Assembly (NCBI GenBank): GCA_051294375.1
Contig: CM119263.1
Coordinates: forward strand, 30,802,053-30,866,052
Direction: 5' to 3'
Origin: Paraspadella gotoi
Lineage: Eukaryota > Animalia > Chaetognatha
Length of the DNA stretch: 64,000 bases
Shown: piece after piece, positions 32,260 through 64,000 of the stretch
Layout of the letters: each line of letters begins with the position of its first letter
How positions within the stretch are numbered: position 1 is the first letter of the stretch
Made by a program: the position numbers and the translations under genes
The notes under the pieces: generated by a model
Seen by the model: only the letters and a program-made list of their open reading frames with translations
Database searches by the model: none
What the model was told of the DNA's origin: nothing

Positions 32260-32666
32260 ATGATGATGACGATGATGATGATGATGAAGATGATGATGAT
32301 GAAAACGATGCCGATGATTGTGATCATAACGAGACGACGATGATGATGTTGTTAAAGACAATGTATATGATAATGATGAAGATAATGATGATGATGATGA
32401 TGTTAAAGACAATGTATATAATGATGATGACGATGAAGATAATAATGAAGAAGATGATGATGTTAGGCAAAGTATACAATGATAAGAACAATGATAATGA
32501 AAATAACGATTTTGATGATGATGATGATGATAACGATGATGATGAAGATAACGACGATGATAACGATGATGATAATGATAACGATGATGATAACGATGAT
32601 GATAACAATGATGATGAAGATAACAAAGATGATAACAATGATGATGAAGATAACGATGATGATGAT
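32260..32666. repeat. (GAT/AAT/AAC)n compound trinucleotide microsatellite
   Basis: Direct sequence; explains the poly-D, poly-M and poly-S ORFs. Confidence 0.9.
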
Positions 32667-32969
32667 CGCATGATGGATTCGACAAAAGTAACGAATCGAA
32701 GTCAGAATTTTGGATCCGGAATCAAAAAGAAGAAAAAATCTCAGCACGAAATAACAACAACAACAACAACAACGACGACAACGACAAGATCTTGGCAAGG
32801 AGACGAACAGAAAAAAATTAAAAACGAAATTAATATATTTTTTTTAATATCGAAATGAATTTTCTTCTTCGATTAAGTTTTTATTAAACAAATATTATAA
32901 GTAAAGATTTTGGAATTTAAAAAAAAAAATGTTAGGATGTAAAGAGAAATGATGTCAAATTATTTAAGT

Positions 32970-35955
32970 ATGTCGCCGAGTCTCATTACGAACGCCTATG
33001 GATCACTCATTCCGCGGGAACAACTCTTTCATAAGGTGAGGCTGTTTGAAAAAGGAATTTAACGATATATTGATCAAATATTACTCGATAATAGTCAGTA
33101 TTTTCAGAAACTATTACTGAATATTAAATAATTTATATTCATTTCTATTTATACATAAATTAAAGTTTATAAATTATCAACATTTAAGACAACACTTAAT
33201 AGAAATACTACTATTTAGATCAATTTTTTTTATATTTAAGGCCGTGAGAGAAAATGATGGAGCGACAGTGAAAAAACTTCTCTCTGCTGGAGTTGAAATA
33301 GATTGTTTGTTCTACAACTGGACACCTTTGATGCTCGGTATGTAGCTATATAGACTTTTAGAATATTGACAAGCTGAAAAGAAGCATACAGTTATATTAT
33401 TTTTTCGTTTGTTTTGAACAGTTTATGACTAGAAGTTTTTCCCTGCCCTGAAAGCAAAAAAATTGAGTTTTCTTGAAAAGTTTTTTTTCGCAAGATTTAA
33501 TATGTAGCTTAAAAACTATATTTTTCTTATGAATAATAAACATAAATAAAGAGAATCTCTCTATCTCTCTCTCTCTCTGTCAGCGATAAACAAAAACAAC
33601 GACGAATTAGCCCTGCTTTTGATCAGAAGAGGAGCATCGGTAACTTATAGGGATGAACTCGGGATCGCTCCTTTGCACGAGGCTGTGAGGAAGAACATGA
33701 CGGAAGTAGTCAAGGTTCATTTAGTATTATTTGCTCCTACTGATTATTAACTCTTTCTGATTAGACTATTACTATAATATATATATAATATTATAATTTC
33801 ATGATTACTGAGTTATTCTTTGGAAGACTCATCGGGCGCTTTAACTATCATTAAATTTTATCTAATATTGTTTTTTATCGATTAATGGTTTATTATTTGG
33901 AAGGCATTATGGCAGAGTTATTACAGCGGGCCCGATGAATAGTTACTAGTTGATCGTAGGCAATGCCACCTATATTTATGATTTGTAAGGCATTTTGTGA
34001 TCATTACTCTAATAATGGTATTAATTGATTGATTAATCACTATTTAAAAGGCGTTGGCAAAAGCCAAATGCGCAGTGGATGACATGATGCCCTGTGGATA
34101 CACTCCGTTAGGGTGCGCGACCCAGAGAGGCATTCACGAGCTGGCGCAGGTAGATTTTCTCTCTCTCTCTGTCTCTCTCTCTTTCTGTCTCTCTCTCTCT
34201 CTCTCACATAACCTTTTTCTTCCACAGGTTCTCATAGAAATCGGTGGCGCAGACGTCAATTTTGCGTCGATCAGATCAGAAACTCCTCTTTACTTAGCGT
34301 CGCTAGAAGGTGCTGTCTATTTCTTAGATATAAGATCATATTTCCAAATTCACGAAATATTGTATTGATATTTAAACAATCAGGTCATGTGACCATCGTG
34401 AAACTTCTTCTCTCTCACGGAGCCGACGCTGACTTACCCGCGACGGAAGCCAATCAAACTCCTTTGATGGTCAGGCCAAAAAAAAATAAATATTATATGG
34501 TGGACTAAAATAATTATTGATTAAATAACTAATTAGTTTTGGGAGTAAATAATCTTTTACATCATTTATCAAATCGAATTATGAATCACTTTATTAAATT
34601 ATGAGTTAATGAATTAAAGTATAAATCAAATTAATGATTAGATTTTATTACATTTGATTAAATTAATCATTGAAATAGGCGGCCGTCATCGGAGAGCACG
34701 AGGAAATTGTTAAGCTTTTACTCAAAAACTTAAAATCTGCAGAGTCGTTGGGGCATCAGGTAAAAAATGAAAAAAATAATTATAATACTATTTTAACAAT
34801 TATATTATATTATATTTTAACTTTATATCAGAGAAAAAAAATAAGTTAAATGATCTCTCTGATAAATAAATGAATTAGTGATTAAATGAATGAATAAATT
34901 TAAAGAAATACTTGATTGAATAATTTATAAAAACGAATGAATGGAAAAATTCATTTATTTAAAAAAAAGAATAAAAAAAAGAATAAATAAATTATCAAAT
35001 GAACGATTCAATTGAGTGAAACAGATTAATTAAATGATGTACATGAATCAATCGCTTCTTAATCAAGCAGCAAAAATACCATAAATTACAATAAAAATAT
35101 AAATAGATTAATTAAATAAAATAAAACAAATAAATAAAAATCCTACAAAAAATCAATAAAAATACAATAAAGGACAAAGACGGTTGGACGGCGCTGATGT
35201 ACGCGGTCACGACGGAAGAGGAAGACCTCGTCAATCTTCTCCTCAACAGCGGAAAAGAAATTGCGGCGGCGCCGACGAACAACGACAACCAAAGAGCCTT
35301 GGAAATTGCGCAGGTGAAAGGAACCGCTTCTCACCGGCAATATATCCCAAATGCGGCGCATTTCGACGGAAATTTAAAAGATACTTTTATTAAGTTTAAC
35401 TTTAAATATTTTGTTACGGGATTACGGTTAGGGTAATAAAGGTATAGGTTAAAAAATTTGGTGAGGAATTATGGTTAGGGTAAGGGATAATGGTTAAGAA
35501 TTTGGTTAGGGATTAAGGGTAGGCTTAGTGATTAGGCTACAGGGTTAGAGTTAGGGTTTGGTAAAAGATTAGGAAACAGAAAAGTCGCCCTTTGAGAAAA
35601 AAATGGCCCAGATCTAAAAGAATGAATAAATAAATGATAAATTATTAAACAAAAATAAATGAATGACTACTTTAAAAATAAATAAATAAATAAATGTTTA
35701 AATAAATAAATGTTTCAATAAATAAATAATTTTTTAAATAAATAAATAAATTAATTAAATAATTAATTAAACCCACAGGAAACCGGTAACGAATCCATCA
35801 TTAAAATCGTCACCAAATTCACGCCGGTGAAATTAGAAGAAAATCCTGACGCTGACGCGGAGACGATGATCGACGCCTCTGAACTTTTGACGGATCAGAA
35901 CGAGGCTCAAAACGATGACAACGAAGACGCCATGACAGAAAATGACAACGATTGA
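32970..35955 (+). CDS. Ankyrin-repeat protein (~7-8 repeats, acidic C-terminal tail), ~319 aa
   Basis: Exons 32970-33035 (alternative ATG 32949), 33241-33337, 33584-33714, 34051-34149, 34228-34309, 34384-34469, 34679-34759, 35173-35313, 35779-35955, all GT-AG and phase-consistent; WTPLMLA, GIAPLHEAV, GYTPLGCA, ETPLYLASLEGHVTIVKLLLSHGAD, DKDGWTALMYA. Confidence 0.88.
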
Positions 35956-37370
35956 ATGTTATATATTTGCAAAGTTTATATATATCGAGAATATATTACG
36001 GACGGAGCCAGTCGGTCTCTGTAAAAAAGTCTTAACTGCCATAGCCCGCCAGTAGTTGTAATCAAGATAGCTTTATAATTGAATTAGTGGAATATTTAAT
36101 ATTGGTTGTACTAATTTCTGAATTTGGTTGTACTAATTTTTGAAAAACTTAAGCGATTATTAAAAAAAGTTAGTTGAAATTGGGACAAATGTGTTAATGA
36201 GTTGATCCTTTTCTTTTTTTTAAAGGAACCAGCAGGTGGCAGCACCAATCGCAAGGTTCCCTGACATCTCAAAAGATAAACATATGAACACTATACGTTG
36301 AGTGCCCACCGATTTTCTTTGTTGGACTTTACACAGATTAAAAACTACTCAAAGTTAACGAAATAAGAAAGTAAGTCTTAACAAAATTTTGGGGGGTTTT
36401 GGTTAAAGGTCCTTGAAAAAAAAATTTAAATAAAAATATAAACAATAGTAAGAAAGAAATAATTTAAAATTTAAACTTGCCGTAAATTATCACAAGTTTT
36501 AAATTTGTGATGACAGGAGTTTGCGCCGAATCTGATTGATTAAAAAAATAATTTTGGCCATGTTTTTCGAAACGGCTCAGTTTCAGAATTTATTAAGTTT
36601 TTAAGTCTAATAACTAAATTAGTTTTTAGAGAAAAGGGTAAGAATTTTGGTTAAGGATTATAGTGCTAATAGTGCTAATAGTGCTAATAAAGAAATTGGT
36701 TTTAAAGTAAACTATTTCGTAGGTTTCATGCATGGTAAATTATAATAAATTCAGAGACTGAGAAAGATTATATGTGTGAAAACTAAATTTGAAGTGAAGC
36801 AAAAAAATCATCTGTTCCATAACCCGTATGTATTATCGAAACCTCTTTATATTTTTTTACTGTATGTACCTTCAGTAATTCTGTATGTTTCTGCCGTGTG
36901 TATCATCTTTTAGGTTGTACCGTAAAAATTACTTGTATTTTTATACTTTCTGTATTTTTCAACCGTCTGTATGTTTATACCGTTTGTACCATCTGTAATT
37001 TTATACTGTCTGTAACATCTGTATTTTTCTACCTTCTGCACTATTTGTATTTTTTGATTGTCTGTAACTTCTCTAAATTTCTACCGTCTGTAACATCTCT
37101 ATTTTTTTATCTGTCTGTAACATCTGTACCCTAAACGAACTGAAGGAGACTCAAATAGAAAGGACTGGAGTCTGGACCCAAATTCTTTTGCCTTTGGTTT
37201 CGCGACGATCACCTAATCCTCTTCCTTCTCCTCCTCCTCTTCTTCCTCCTCCTCCTCCTCCAATTTCTCTTCCTCTTCGGTCGCGAGCCAACTCATAATA
37301 ACGATTCTCTCTCTCTCAGCCTTTGGGGTTTAATCCACGCTCTCTCTCTCTCTTTCTCTTTCTCTCTCTC

Positions 37371-37439
<69 letters not shown>

Positions 37440-38614
37440 CGAGATTCGACCTGCATTTCTACCGAAACTGCAAACTGCCAGACAAGAACTGACATCGAGA
37501 CGGAATTTTTCTTTCCACCTGAAAATCAAATCATTTTTATTCCCGATTCTTAACACATCTTTTTTTTTTCGCCATAATGTTTTTTTAATTTTCTTTTATA
37601 AATTCGCGACTTTCTTCGTTTGTGTCTATTTATAAAAATGGCATACGGGGTTCGTATCCGAAAACTTATTAAAAATCGTAGCAATAAACCTTATATGCCT
37701 TTTTGCCTACTGTAAAATTATTTCTTGATATATTTTATAACATAATGAATTTTAAATTTAAATAATTTTTTAAAAAATATTTCACATCCTCTCGCCATTC
37801 AAATAAAATAAAGCAACTGAGAATATTTTCAACTTTTCATCGACTTAATTTAATAAATAAACTACGATTGTATTTAGAGAATTGACAAAGTTTTTGTTTG
37901 CAACGAATTTTATTTAAATTGAACAGACATGTTTCGACTTGCTTTACAAGCCTACGAGTGTAATATGACTTATATTTCTCTTTAGTTTTCAATTTAATTT
38001 TTAATTTAACAAAAACATCGTTCATTTGATTAGTTTTTGCGGATATTAAATGACAAGATGGTAAAGGTAAAGTTTTAAGTTTTTCTTTATTTTGTAATTC
38101 TGGCTCTCTTCTCCCAGAGCGCCCCATTTCTAATATATTTATCCTAAATATATTCCTAAACTTATAATATAAACCTCGTATCCTAATCTCCTACTCTAAC
38201 CTAATCCTAAACCATTAATCCTAAACCAAACTTGTAACTTTAAACCATTTTAATCCTTAATCCCTTACATAATCCTTAATGTATTCTTTAATCTTTACCT
38301 AAAAAATTAGAGAAAATAAGAGCTAAAAGTAAAAAAAAGAAGTTCATTATTTTTGGTCTAATTAATTGTTCGATAGTTTATAGTTTATAGTTGATAGTTT
38401 TAAGGCGACTTTTAAATTTCTTTTAGGTCCTTCCGTTGGTCATTGACCTAAAACGTTTTCTAGTTTCGTGTCGATTCTTTCTTTTTTTTCTTTTTTTTTT
38501 CTTTATTTATTTTAGTTGGTATTGTCGTTTTTTTTTTCTCTTATTCGATCATTGACCCCAGACTTTAGTCCGTCTCTCTCTCTTTCTCTCTTTCTCTCTT
38601 TCTCTCTTTCTCTC

Positions 38615-38651
<37 letters not shown>

Positions 38652-39426
38652 TTGTTTCCCACCTTATGTTTTGGTTATCAATATTTTATATATAATCTTA
38701 GTAATTTTAGTAAGTACTAAGAGAGAGAGAGAGAGAGGGAGAGAGAGAGAGAGAGACCGACCGGATGAAAATAAAATCTTCATTATCGTTATCGTCATCT
38801 TCATCGTTGGGTAAAATCGACCTCTAAGTTTTTGTACCGAAAAATTCAATTAAAAAAAAAACCAAATCTTTTTTTTTAATGTTTTTTTTTACGCCATTTA
38901 TCTTCGTTTTTCTTTGAGCAGTCAACTGACGATTGAAAACTTTATAAAGTTTCCTGGCCTTATTTGCTAAAAATCTTAATTCATTGTTTCATACTATGAC
39001 CTCATTATGTATTTAAAGAATATATCAATTTTTTGTATTAATTTGTTTTTCTTCTAAATTCTCTATATTGAAGTTTTTCAAGAAAAGTATCACCGATATC
39101 TCAAGACCAATTGTTGGCCTTCGATTCTGTTGTTAACTAATAACTTTTTAACAGTTTTCTTACTCAACCTTATTAATTTTTGAACAGCAATGACTGTCTC
39201 AACAATAATGCACCATCTGGGAATGTTTGAAAGTCTCGTAATATATCGACGTTCTAGCAATATCTCACTTTTTGTAGTGCACTTCAACCCGACATCTACG
39301 CATTTACTGCAATATCTACTTCACATAAGAACCTATATTATGTTCAGATTTCCACAACCAGAAACAGAGCAGCTTAGAATTGAGTAGAGCGAAAGAAAAA
39401 AACTCGGGAGACCTTGAGAGAGAGAG

Positions 39427-39470
<44 letters not shown>

Positions 39471-39678
39471 AAACCCACACCATCACCATAGCTGCTAAAA
39501 AGGCCATTCCTCCCGGGGTCTGTGAGAGGAGGAAAAAGAAAAGGAGGAAGAGAAAGAAAAAAGGAAAAAAGAAAAAAAGGAGGAAACCGCAGAAGAAGAA
39601 AAAAGAATAAAAAAGAAAAAAAGAAAAAAGACTCGTTGCTCGTGGATTCTTTCCTTCCATCCTCTTCCTCTTTTATTT

Positions 39679-39761
<83 letters not shown>

Positions 39762-39863
39762 AATGATGGTGTCCATTGTGGCATCACTATCGAGGCAACA
39801 GTTCTTCCGTCGCGCACAAACGTCTACCAAACGCGAGATGGAAAAACCGGCGCGCTGCTCGGT

Positions 39864-39899
<36 letters not shown>

Positions 39900-40441
39900 G
39901 GGGGGGAAGGAGTAATGGGAGGTAAGAAAGAGAGGGAGAAGAAAGAGAAAAGGGACAGAGGAAAGGAAGAAAAGGAGAGAGGAAAAGGAGAAAGATAAAG
40001 AATAGAGAAGAATGGGAGAAACAAGAAAGAAAAGGGAAGAAGAAAATGCGGAGAAGAGAGAGATTATAGAAAGGGAAAGGAAATGAAAGGGATTAAGAAA
40101 GGGAATAGAACCAAGGAAAAAGGGATTAAGGAAAAAAGAGGAAAAGAAAAGAGAAATATAAAAATCTGTCAAAATCAGAGCTAGGGAGAGCCGGATAGAG
40201 AGAGAGTTCGTTACGATTGGAATGGGCAAGGAGAGGATGGGTAAAAGATTAAGAGAGAGACAGAGAGAGAGACAGAGAGAGAGAGAGAGGAGAGGAGTAG
40301 AGAGAGAGAGAGAGAGTAATTAAAGGAGAAGAGTGAGGAGAGAGCCAGAAAACCTTTAGAGATTCGCGGACAAAGGGAAGTGTTAAAAATGGTGGCGCTT
40401 GCTAATCTACAGCCGTACTGGAGAGAGAGAGGAGAGAGGAG

Positions 40442-40538
<97 letters not shown>

Positions 40539-40596
40539 CATTCATTCATTTTCTCTCCCTTTCCTTTTCCAGCTTTTTCTTTCTTTCCCCGCTGAA

Positions 40597-60317
<19,721 letters not shown>

Positions 60318-61350
60318 TGGGGCTGGAGCTGAAGAGGCTTGTTCTGTGTGACGGGAAAGAGGGAATTTGGCGGGAAAGAGGATTGAAGCCCGGAAGTGTA
60401 GGGGGTGGAGTGGGGCGGGGCAGATGGTCGATTGGCCATTGCTGTCGTCGTTGTCGTTTCAATTTCTCTCTGCACTTTTTTTAATTTTTTTCCTTTTTTT
60501 TCTTTTTTTTTTAGTTTTAAATTTTAATTCTTTTGCGGCGAATTTCTTTATCTTCATCTTAATATAAATTCTAATTTTAATCTTAATCTTCATCTTAACC
60601 TTTATCTTCATCTTAATATAAATTCTAATTTTAATCTTAATCTTCATCTTTATCTTCATCTTAATATAAATTCTAATTTTAATCTTAATCTCTCAACTCA
60701 TGACACTCTGTCTCAAAATCTCAAAAGTCTTTGCCATGTCATATCATTTTTCATTTTATTCTTTTTATCTTTTCCACGTCTTTTGTGTCCTCTTCCATGT
60801 CTCATCACTTCTTCTACATTCTTTGTCTTTTGCCATTTCCTATCATTTTTCATTTTAACCTTTTTATCTTTTCCACTTCTTTTTGTCCTCTACCATGTCT
60901 CATCATTTCCTCCCTTTCTTTGTCCTTTGCAATGTCCTATAATTTTTAATTTTATCCTTGTTTTCTTTCTACTCTTCTAAACACCACATTTTATCCCTTT
61001 TCCTTGTCTTCCTTGTCTTTTTTCTATGTCCCATCATTTTCCTTGTCCTTTCTTGACTCGACCTTTTCATTGACCTTCCGAGACACAAGACGTCCCACAC
61101 ACAAAACACGTCCCACACACACAGGGACTCTCGTGGAAAAAAGTCCTTGAAACAAAAAGGTTTTAGTTTAAGTTGAAGATGTAATGAAAACTGTTTTGTC
61201 CGTTTGTTTTTTAGAGTTAGCTACAATAGTAAATAAAGAACAAACCAGATTTTGAGACAATTTATAATTTTTTAAAATATAAAATAAGCTCTTCCTTATC
61301 TTTCTTACCCTCTTAGTCTTTTCGCTTCAATCGCCGCTCTCTCTCACGCT

Positions 61351-61410
<60 letters not shown>

Positions 61411-61464
61411 ATCTCTCTCTCTCTTCTCTCTCTCTTCTCTTCTCTCTTTCTCTTTCTCCTCTCT

Positions 61465-61505
<41 letters not shown>

Positions 61506-61506
61506 T

Positions 61507-61547
<41 letters not shown>

Positions 61548-63774
61548 TTCTGGGCCTTGAATTTTTTTTGTTGTCCACACGCGGTGTTTAGTGTAACTGG
61601 TAGAGTAAAGAACTGGTATTGCGAGACTGAGTCGACCCAAACAGTATTTTTTTCACGATTTCACTGGTGAATTTTATTGTTTTTATTTGTTTTGTTTTTG
61701 TTTATTTTTAATCTTCATTGAAAATTATATTCGGTTTAAAAAAAATCCAAACACGAACAACGAAATTAAAACTTTTTTTTCGCATCACGCAGTATAAAAG
61801 AACCAAAAATATTCTTTATATTCTATACACAAGTTCACTCTTAATGTTTGCAACTCTTCTCTCTCTCCGTCTTTCTCTCTCTCTCATCTGTCTATCGTCT
61901 CCGTCTCAGTGTCTTCTTCACATCTCTCCTTCGTCATTTCCTCTCATCATCCTCCGTCTGCTTCTCTCTCTTCTCTCTCTCTCTCTCTCTGTTTCCTCGC
62001 ATAACGACATTTTTTCATATTTTTTACTCTCTACGTGTCAAGTTTTCTATTGTTTAAAGTTTGAGTTGTTTTCTCTTAGAATTAGCATGACAGTAGTTTA
62101 TCCAAAAATTTTAAATTATTACTATTATTATTCTGTCATTATCAGCATTATCATGATAAATTATAACCATTCGTTTTTTCAGGACAAAAACAAAATTATT
62201 TCTCCCCACCGAGGCTTGTCTTGTCATGATCATGTCATTAGATGTCATTATGTGTCATAACTAACGAGTCACACGATCTCGATATGACATTCAGTGTCAT
62301 AGAAGGTCCGAGGCTTCCGAATTACATCTTATGACATATCATGAGAGGTTCATGCCCTTTGTACGTCACTCGAGAGCGAAGGATAATCTTATGATAATTC
62401 TTAAAACGCACTTTTGATTATAAATAAAATAAAGTCATTTTTAATACATTTTATATTATATTTTCGCTCCCATCGTTTCATTATACCGTTAGTTTTTCGT
62501 CCAAAAACTCCATCTTGGGGATGTAATAATACTTTATATAGTTTATTTTATATTACATCCGGAGAGTTTTGTGCTCTGTCCTATTACATCCGTAAGCTCG
62601 GCCCCAGGATGTAATAGAGCTTTGTCTTAATTTGGACGAGAATCATCGGTGAGACCCATTTATCCAAACGGACCTACAATTCGTGTTTATTTTTTTTCTT
62701 ATAACAAATAAAGAATATATCTTGTTTATTTTTTTTTTTAAATAAAAACTCGTTTGTTACATCGATAATGTTGTTTAAACACTTATGTAGAATAAATGGA
62801 ATTCCATACAACCGTTTTTTTTAATTGATGAAAAAAGATGTCTACTAGTCAGATTGAGAATTTAGAAATTTAAAAAAAATATTTAAACCATCATAATTAG
62901 TTATCTATATTTATAAAATAGAATGTTTATAATCTGCAGCGGTCCTACCAAGCTTGTTCCATTATTTAGTTGTACTAGAGTTTCGTTCTTTCAGTACTTC
63001 TTCATCCTATCTCTTCGCTCTATGTTCTTTTGTGTCTAATTTAGTTACTCAGCCGCCGTCAAAGATGTCGCTTCGGCCGAGGGACTTCGACATTCTATGA
63101 ACAAAAGACGTCGCGTCCAAAGTTTTTTTTTCAGCTGCTTTGGAAATCAGGTTATTGATTGAAAACTTGTTTAGATTCCTGACGACGGAGCAGCAAAAAA
63201 AAACAATGGGTCTTTGTGTCGTCGATGTTTTCTTTGTTTCGCGGTTCAATTTTCTTATTATTTTTTGTTTTGTTTTTTTTATTTGTTATTTACTGTGTCT
63301 TTGTTTCAGCCATTGTTTTGTCTTTCTTTGCCGTCTCTCATCAGGTCATTCAGTCTCGTTTCTATTTCCTGTTGGCTGTTCTTAGTTCTGTTATTTTTAA
63401 TTTTATTTATAATTTAAGTTATATACGTATTTTTTGATATTTCATAACAAATTTTTCTTAAAGACCTGCTAAACCAAGTAAACTACACCTTTTTTAATTT
63501 CTCCATTATGATTTCAGAATCGTCGGTCAATGCACAATCGGCGCCAAACTGAACTGATTCTTACGCCACATTCCGCCAACGCCAACGTCAAGCTCCAGAA
63601 TTACGTCAACATCAACTCTAGTTTTTGCCACATCGATTCCGACCTCATTTCGCCGCCTTTGCCTCAAGCGTCACGTGTCGGTCTTGTCATGATGTGCCCC
63701 TTAAACGCTGACACCTTCGTCGCCTAATTCGTAGCCTTTGTCATCATCGTCGTCCTTGACGCAACCTCCTCCTC

Positions 63775-63992
63775 ATGGCCCCCTCCGCCCTCGAATCGCC
63801 CCCCAAGGCCCCGTCGCCCATCGGGGCTGCGCGCCGCCGCCGTGCCTTGCCGCCCGCCGAATCCCCGAAACTTAGGAACGACGACGACGACAACTCTGTG
63901 GATCTGGAGTCTTTCGTCGAGAACGTGAGGAATTTAAAGAGAATCGCTTCACCTGTCGTCGTCGTCGCGAGATGGACGCTGGAGGTTATGAG
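63775..63992 (+). CDS. First coding exon of a probable protrudin (ZFYVE27)-like gene, continuing beyond the window
   Basis: GC-rich ORF ending at donor AG|gtgagg; VDLESFVENVRNLKRIASPVVVVARWTLEVMR resembles the recalled protrudin segment FDLFNLVLSYKRLEIYLEPL...VRYLLRW; upstream acceptor at 63517. Confidence 0.45.
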
Positions 63993-64000
63993 GTGAGGCT

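Noticed and set aside
32241-32858. Asp-rich 205-aa ORF
   Set aside because: Trinucleotide microsatellite open in several frames, with no splice or domain support
39762-39862. Possible DNA-binding-domain exon upstream of the NR0B-like gene
   Set aside because: No CxxC...CxxC zinc-finger pattern in any frame; at most a leader exon
39316-40595. ER/LS-repeat ORFs here and throughout (e.g. 24888-25213, 26455-26772, 47007-48042, 58785-59475, 61327-61640)
   Set aside because: Translations of (AG)n/(CT)n microsatellites

Overview
Eukaryotic (invertebrate-type) genomic DNA: AT-rich, intron-containing and microsatellite-rich, with 4 assembly gaps. There is no prokaryotic content, CRISPR array or rRNA. 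Five spliced + strand genes were reconstructed by eye from GT-AG boundaries and codon phase. (1) A highly divergent CNBD-family (HCN/KCNH/CNG-like) 6-TM channel, ~150-13003 (possibly to 14644), with a GNIGGG filter, an Arg-free S4 and a degenerate cNMP pocket. (2) A candidate fusion gene, 22328-31347: signal peptide, ankyrin repeats, Cys-rich ectodomain, one TM helix, then an XK-related (Xkr scramblase family) domain. A stop-containing exon at 24756-24878 leaves a two-gene reading open. (3) A cytosolic ankyrin-repeat protein, 32970-35955. (4) A DBD-less NR0B (DAX1/SHP)-like nuclear receptor, 40597-60317, whose 16.6 kb last intron carries nuclear-receptor response-element-like motifs. (5) The first coding exon of a probable protrudin/ZFYVE27-like gene at the right edge. 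Introns and intergenic DNA hold many non-autonomous elements: a complete tRNA-containing TRIM (Helenus-like) plus fragments, Penelope-like pLTRs with minimal hammerhead ribozymes, Helentron/HINE-like elements, a CACGG/4-bp-TSD (Chapaev-like) foldback with a nested DNA transposon, a TA-flanked MITE and a MITE family with TTAGGG-like cores. Family names come from motif recognition only; no searches were run.
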